A stretch of 62,597 bases of DNA, counting the filler. It is 8 parts of 8 records of this genome, joined end to end, with 100 filler letters (N's around TTAATTAATTAA, not from the genome) between each part and the next. Parts side by side here need not be neighbours in the genome. Positions count along the whole stretch, not along the records: positions 54,321 to 62,597 come from SRR31147125_53494; 7 more parts are not named here. The stretch is one strand, 5' to 3'. Both the position numbers and the translations under genes were made by a program. A model generated the notes under the pieces. It was not told where the DNA came from and did not search any database. It worked only from the letters and a program-made list of their open reading frames with translations. Below are positions 61,395 to 62,597 of this stretch, piece after piece (within the stretch, counting starts at the first letter, position 1; every line of letters begins with the position of its first letter).

Positions 61395-62597
61395 ATGGCT
61401 GCTGAGAGAAAGAATACCAAAAGTAACAATTCAACTTTAGAGCAAATTAATGCTCAATATGGAAAATTACTGCCACAGGCAACAGATGTTGAGGAGGCTG
61501 TCTTGGGTGCTCTTATGCTTGAACGGGATGCCTATGTAACGATTGCTGATATTATTGATACAGATAGTTTTTATAAAGATGAACATCGAAAAATCTATGA
61601 GGCTATCAAGTATCTTTCAACCCATGAGAAACCTGTTGATTTGTTGATGGTGACTCAAGAGTTGAAAAACAGGAGCGAATTGGATGAAATAGGAGGGCCG
61701 CTTTATATAACTCAATTAACAAGTAGAGTTGCATCTGCAGCTCACCCCGAATTTCATGCCCGAATTATTGCTCAGAAATATATTCAACGTGAATTAATCC
61801 GGGTTTCTTCTGAAATTCAGGTTAAAGCTTACGATTCCAATATGGATGTGGATGACCTGATTGATTTTTCTGAAACAGCTTTGTTTAAAGTTGCAGAGGG
61901 AAACATCAAAAAAGAAACACTTCCTATTAAGCCAATCCTGAAAGAAGCTGCCATGCTGATTGAGTTGGCATCGCAACGAGATGATGGTTTAAGTGGATCG
62001 CCTAGTGGATTTACTGAGCTTGATCGAATGACATCGGGCTGGCAAAAAACCGACTTGGTAATTATTGCAGCACGTCCTGCAATGGGTAAAACTGCGTTTG
62101 TACTTTCAATGGCACGAAATATGGCTGTTCAACACAAAGTTCCGGTTGGTGTTTTCTCGCTGGAGATGTCTTCTGTTCAGTTGGTAAATCGTTTGCTCGC
62201 TGCCGAAACAGAGTTGGGCTCAGAAAAAATAAAAAACGGACGCTTAGCTGATTGGGAATGGGAACATTTCAATAGAAAACTAAATGTATTGGAGGAAGCT
62301 CCACTTTTTGTTGATGATACACCTGCACTTTCCATCTTTGAATTCCGTGCAAAATGCCGTCGGTTAAAAATGCAATATGATGTTGGCTGTGTAATTGTCG
62401 ATTATTTGCAGTTAATGACAGCAGGGGTTGATAACCGAGGAAGTCGTGAACAGGAAGTTAGTATGATTTCACGATCGTTAAAAGCGATTGCAAAAGAGCT
62501 TGACATTCCAATCCTCGCACTTTCACAGCTTAACCGTTCAGTTGAATCTCGTGAAGGTAAACGTCCTCAGCTTTCCGATCTTCGTGAATCGGGTGCG
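61395..62597 (+). CDS. dnaB: Replicative DNA helicase, 3' partial (absent from the ORF track)
   Basis: My translation: MAAERKN..PQATDVEEAVLGALML..AARPAMGKT..FSLEM..DYLQLM..SQLNR..RPQLSDLRESGA at the window end. Confidence 0.95.
   Translation, partial: MAAERKNTKSNNSTLEQINAQYGKLLPQATDVEEAVLGALMLERDAYVTIADIIDTDSFYKDEHRKIYEAIKYLSTHEKPVDLLMVTQELKNRSELDEIGGPLYITQLTSRVASAAHPEFHARIIAQKYIQRELIRVSSEIQVKAYDSNMDVDDLIDFSETALFKVAEGNIKKETLPIKPILKEAAMLIELASQRDDGLSGSPSGFTELDRMTSGWQKTDLVIIAARPAMGKTAFVLSMARNMAVQHKVPVGVFSLEMSSVQLVNRLLAAETELGSEKIKNGRLADWEWEHFNRKLNVLEEAPLFVDDTPALSIFEFRAKCRRLKMQYDVGCVIVDYLQLMTAGVDNRGSREQEVSMISRSLKAIAKELDIPILALSQLNRSVESREGKRPQLSDLRESGA

Noticed and set aside
61395-62597. Intein in DnaB, since the window ends at the RESG insertion site
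   Set aside because: RESGA fits the native RESGAIEQD sequence, the P-loop site (MGKTA) is uninterrupted, and nothing beyond the window can be seen.
1-62597. CRISPR arrays, tRNA/rRNA genes, transposases, integrases, reverse transcriptases
   Set aside because: None recognised by eye or in the ORF track; short tRNAs or degenerate elements could have been missed without a covariance search.

Overview
This window is not one locus. It is eight unrelated contigs joined by 100-nt N spacers that carry a TTAATTAATTAA stop linker, so gene neighbourhood cannot be read across spacers. Taxonomic labels below are inferred from base composition and gene content only. (1) 1-14501, GC-rich, Desulfobulbales-like: HAD phosphatase, CBS/ACT protein, iorAB-paaK-ACT-paaK-rph-radical SAM-PNPOx, IscA-like protein, TRAP transporter and USP, with many single-base frameshifts that are probably sequencing errors. 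(2) 14602-21867: CCG-domain Fe-S protein, a deleted wzc remnant, and a CoA-transferase/TRAP/MaoC/CitE operon resembling itaconate-type catabolism. (3) 21968-31049, Desulfobacterales-like: five VPxP-CTERM (PEP-CTERM family) surface proteins interleaved with two S8 proteases, downstream of a c-di-GMP-I riboswitch. (4) 31150-37508, AT-rich: an atypical rnf operon with RnfC, an RnfD-RnfG fusion, RnfE/RnfA lacking their Fe-S cysteines and no rnfB, plus an aldo-keto reductase. (5) 37609-43616, Clostridia-like: a candidate stand-alone ~250-nt ncRNA, peroxiredoxin and superoxide reductase, tandem Zn-ribbon paralogs, a methyltransferase and rnfB. (6) 43717-48838: TetR plus an RND efflux system. (7) 48939-54220: DUF296, thiolase, CoA-transferase A/B and an MFS transporter. 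(8) 54321-62597, Bacteroidota: flippase, GT4, rnhB, PASTA protein, rluD, ddl and dnaB. Best leads are the cysteine-less Rnf-like complex, the riboswitch-controlled CTERM/subtilase surface island, and the orphan ncRNA.
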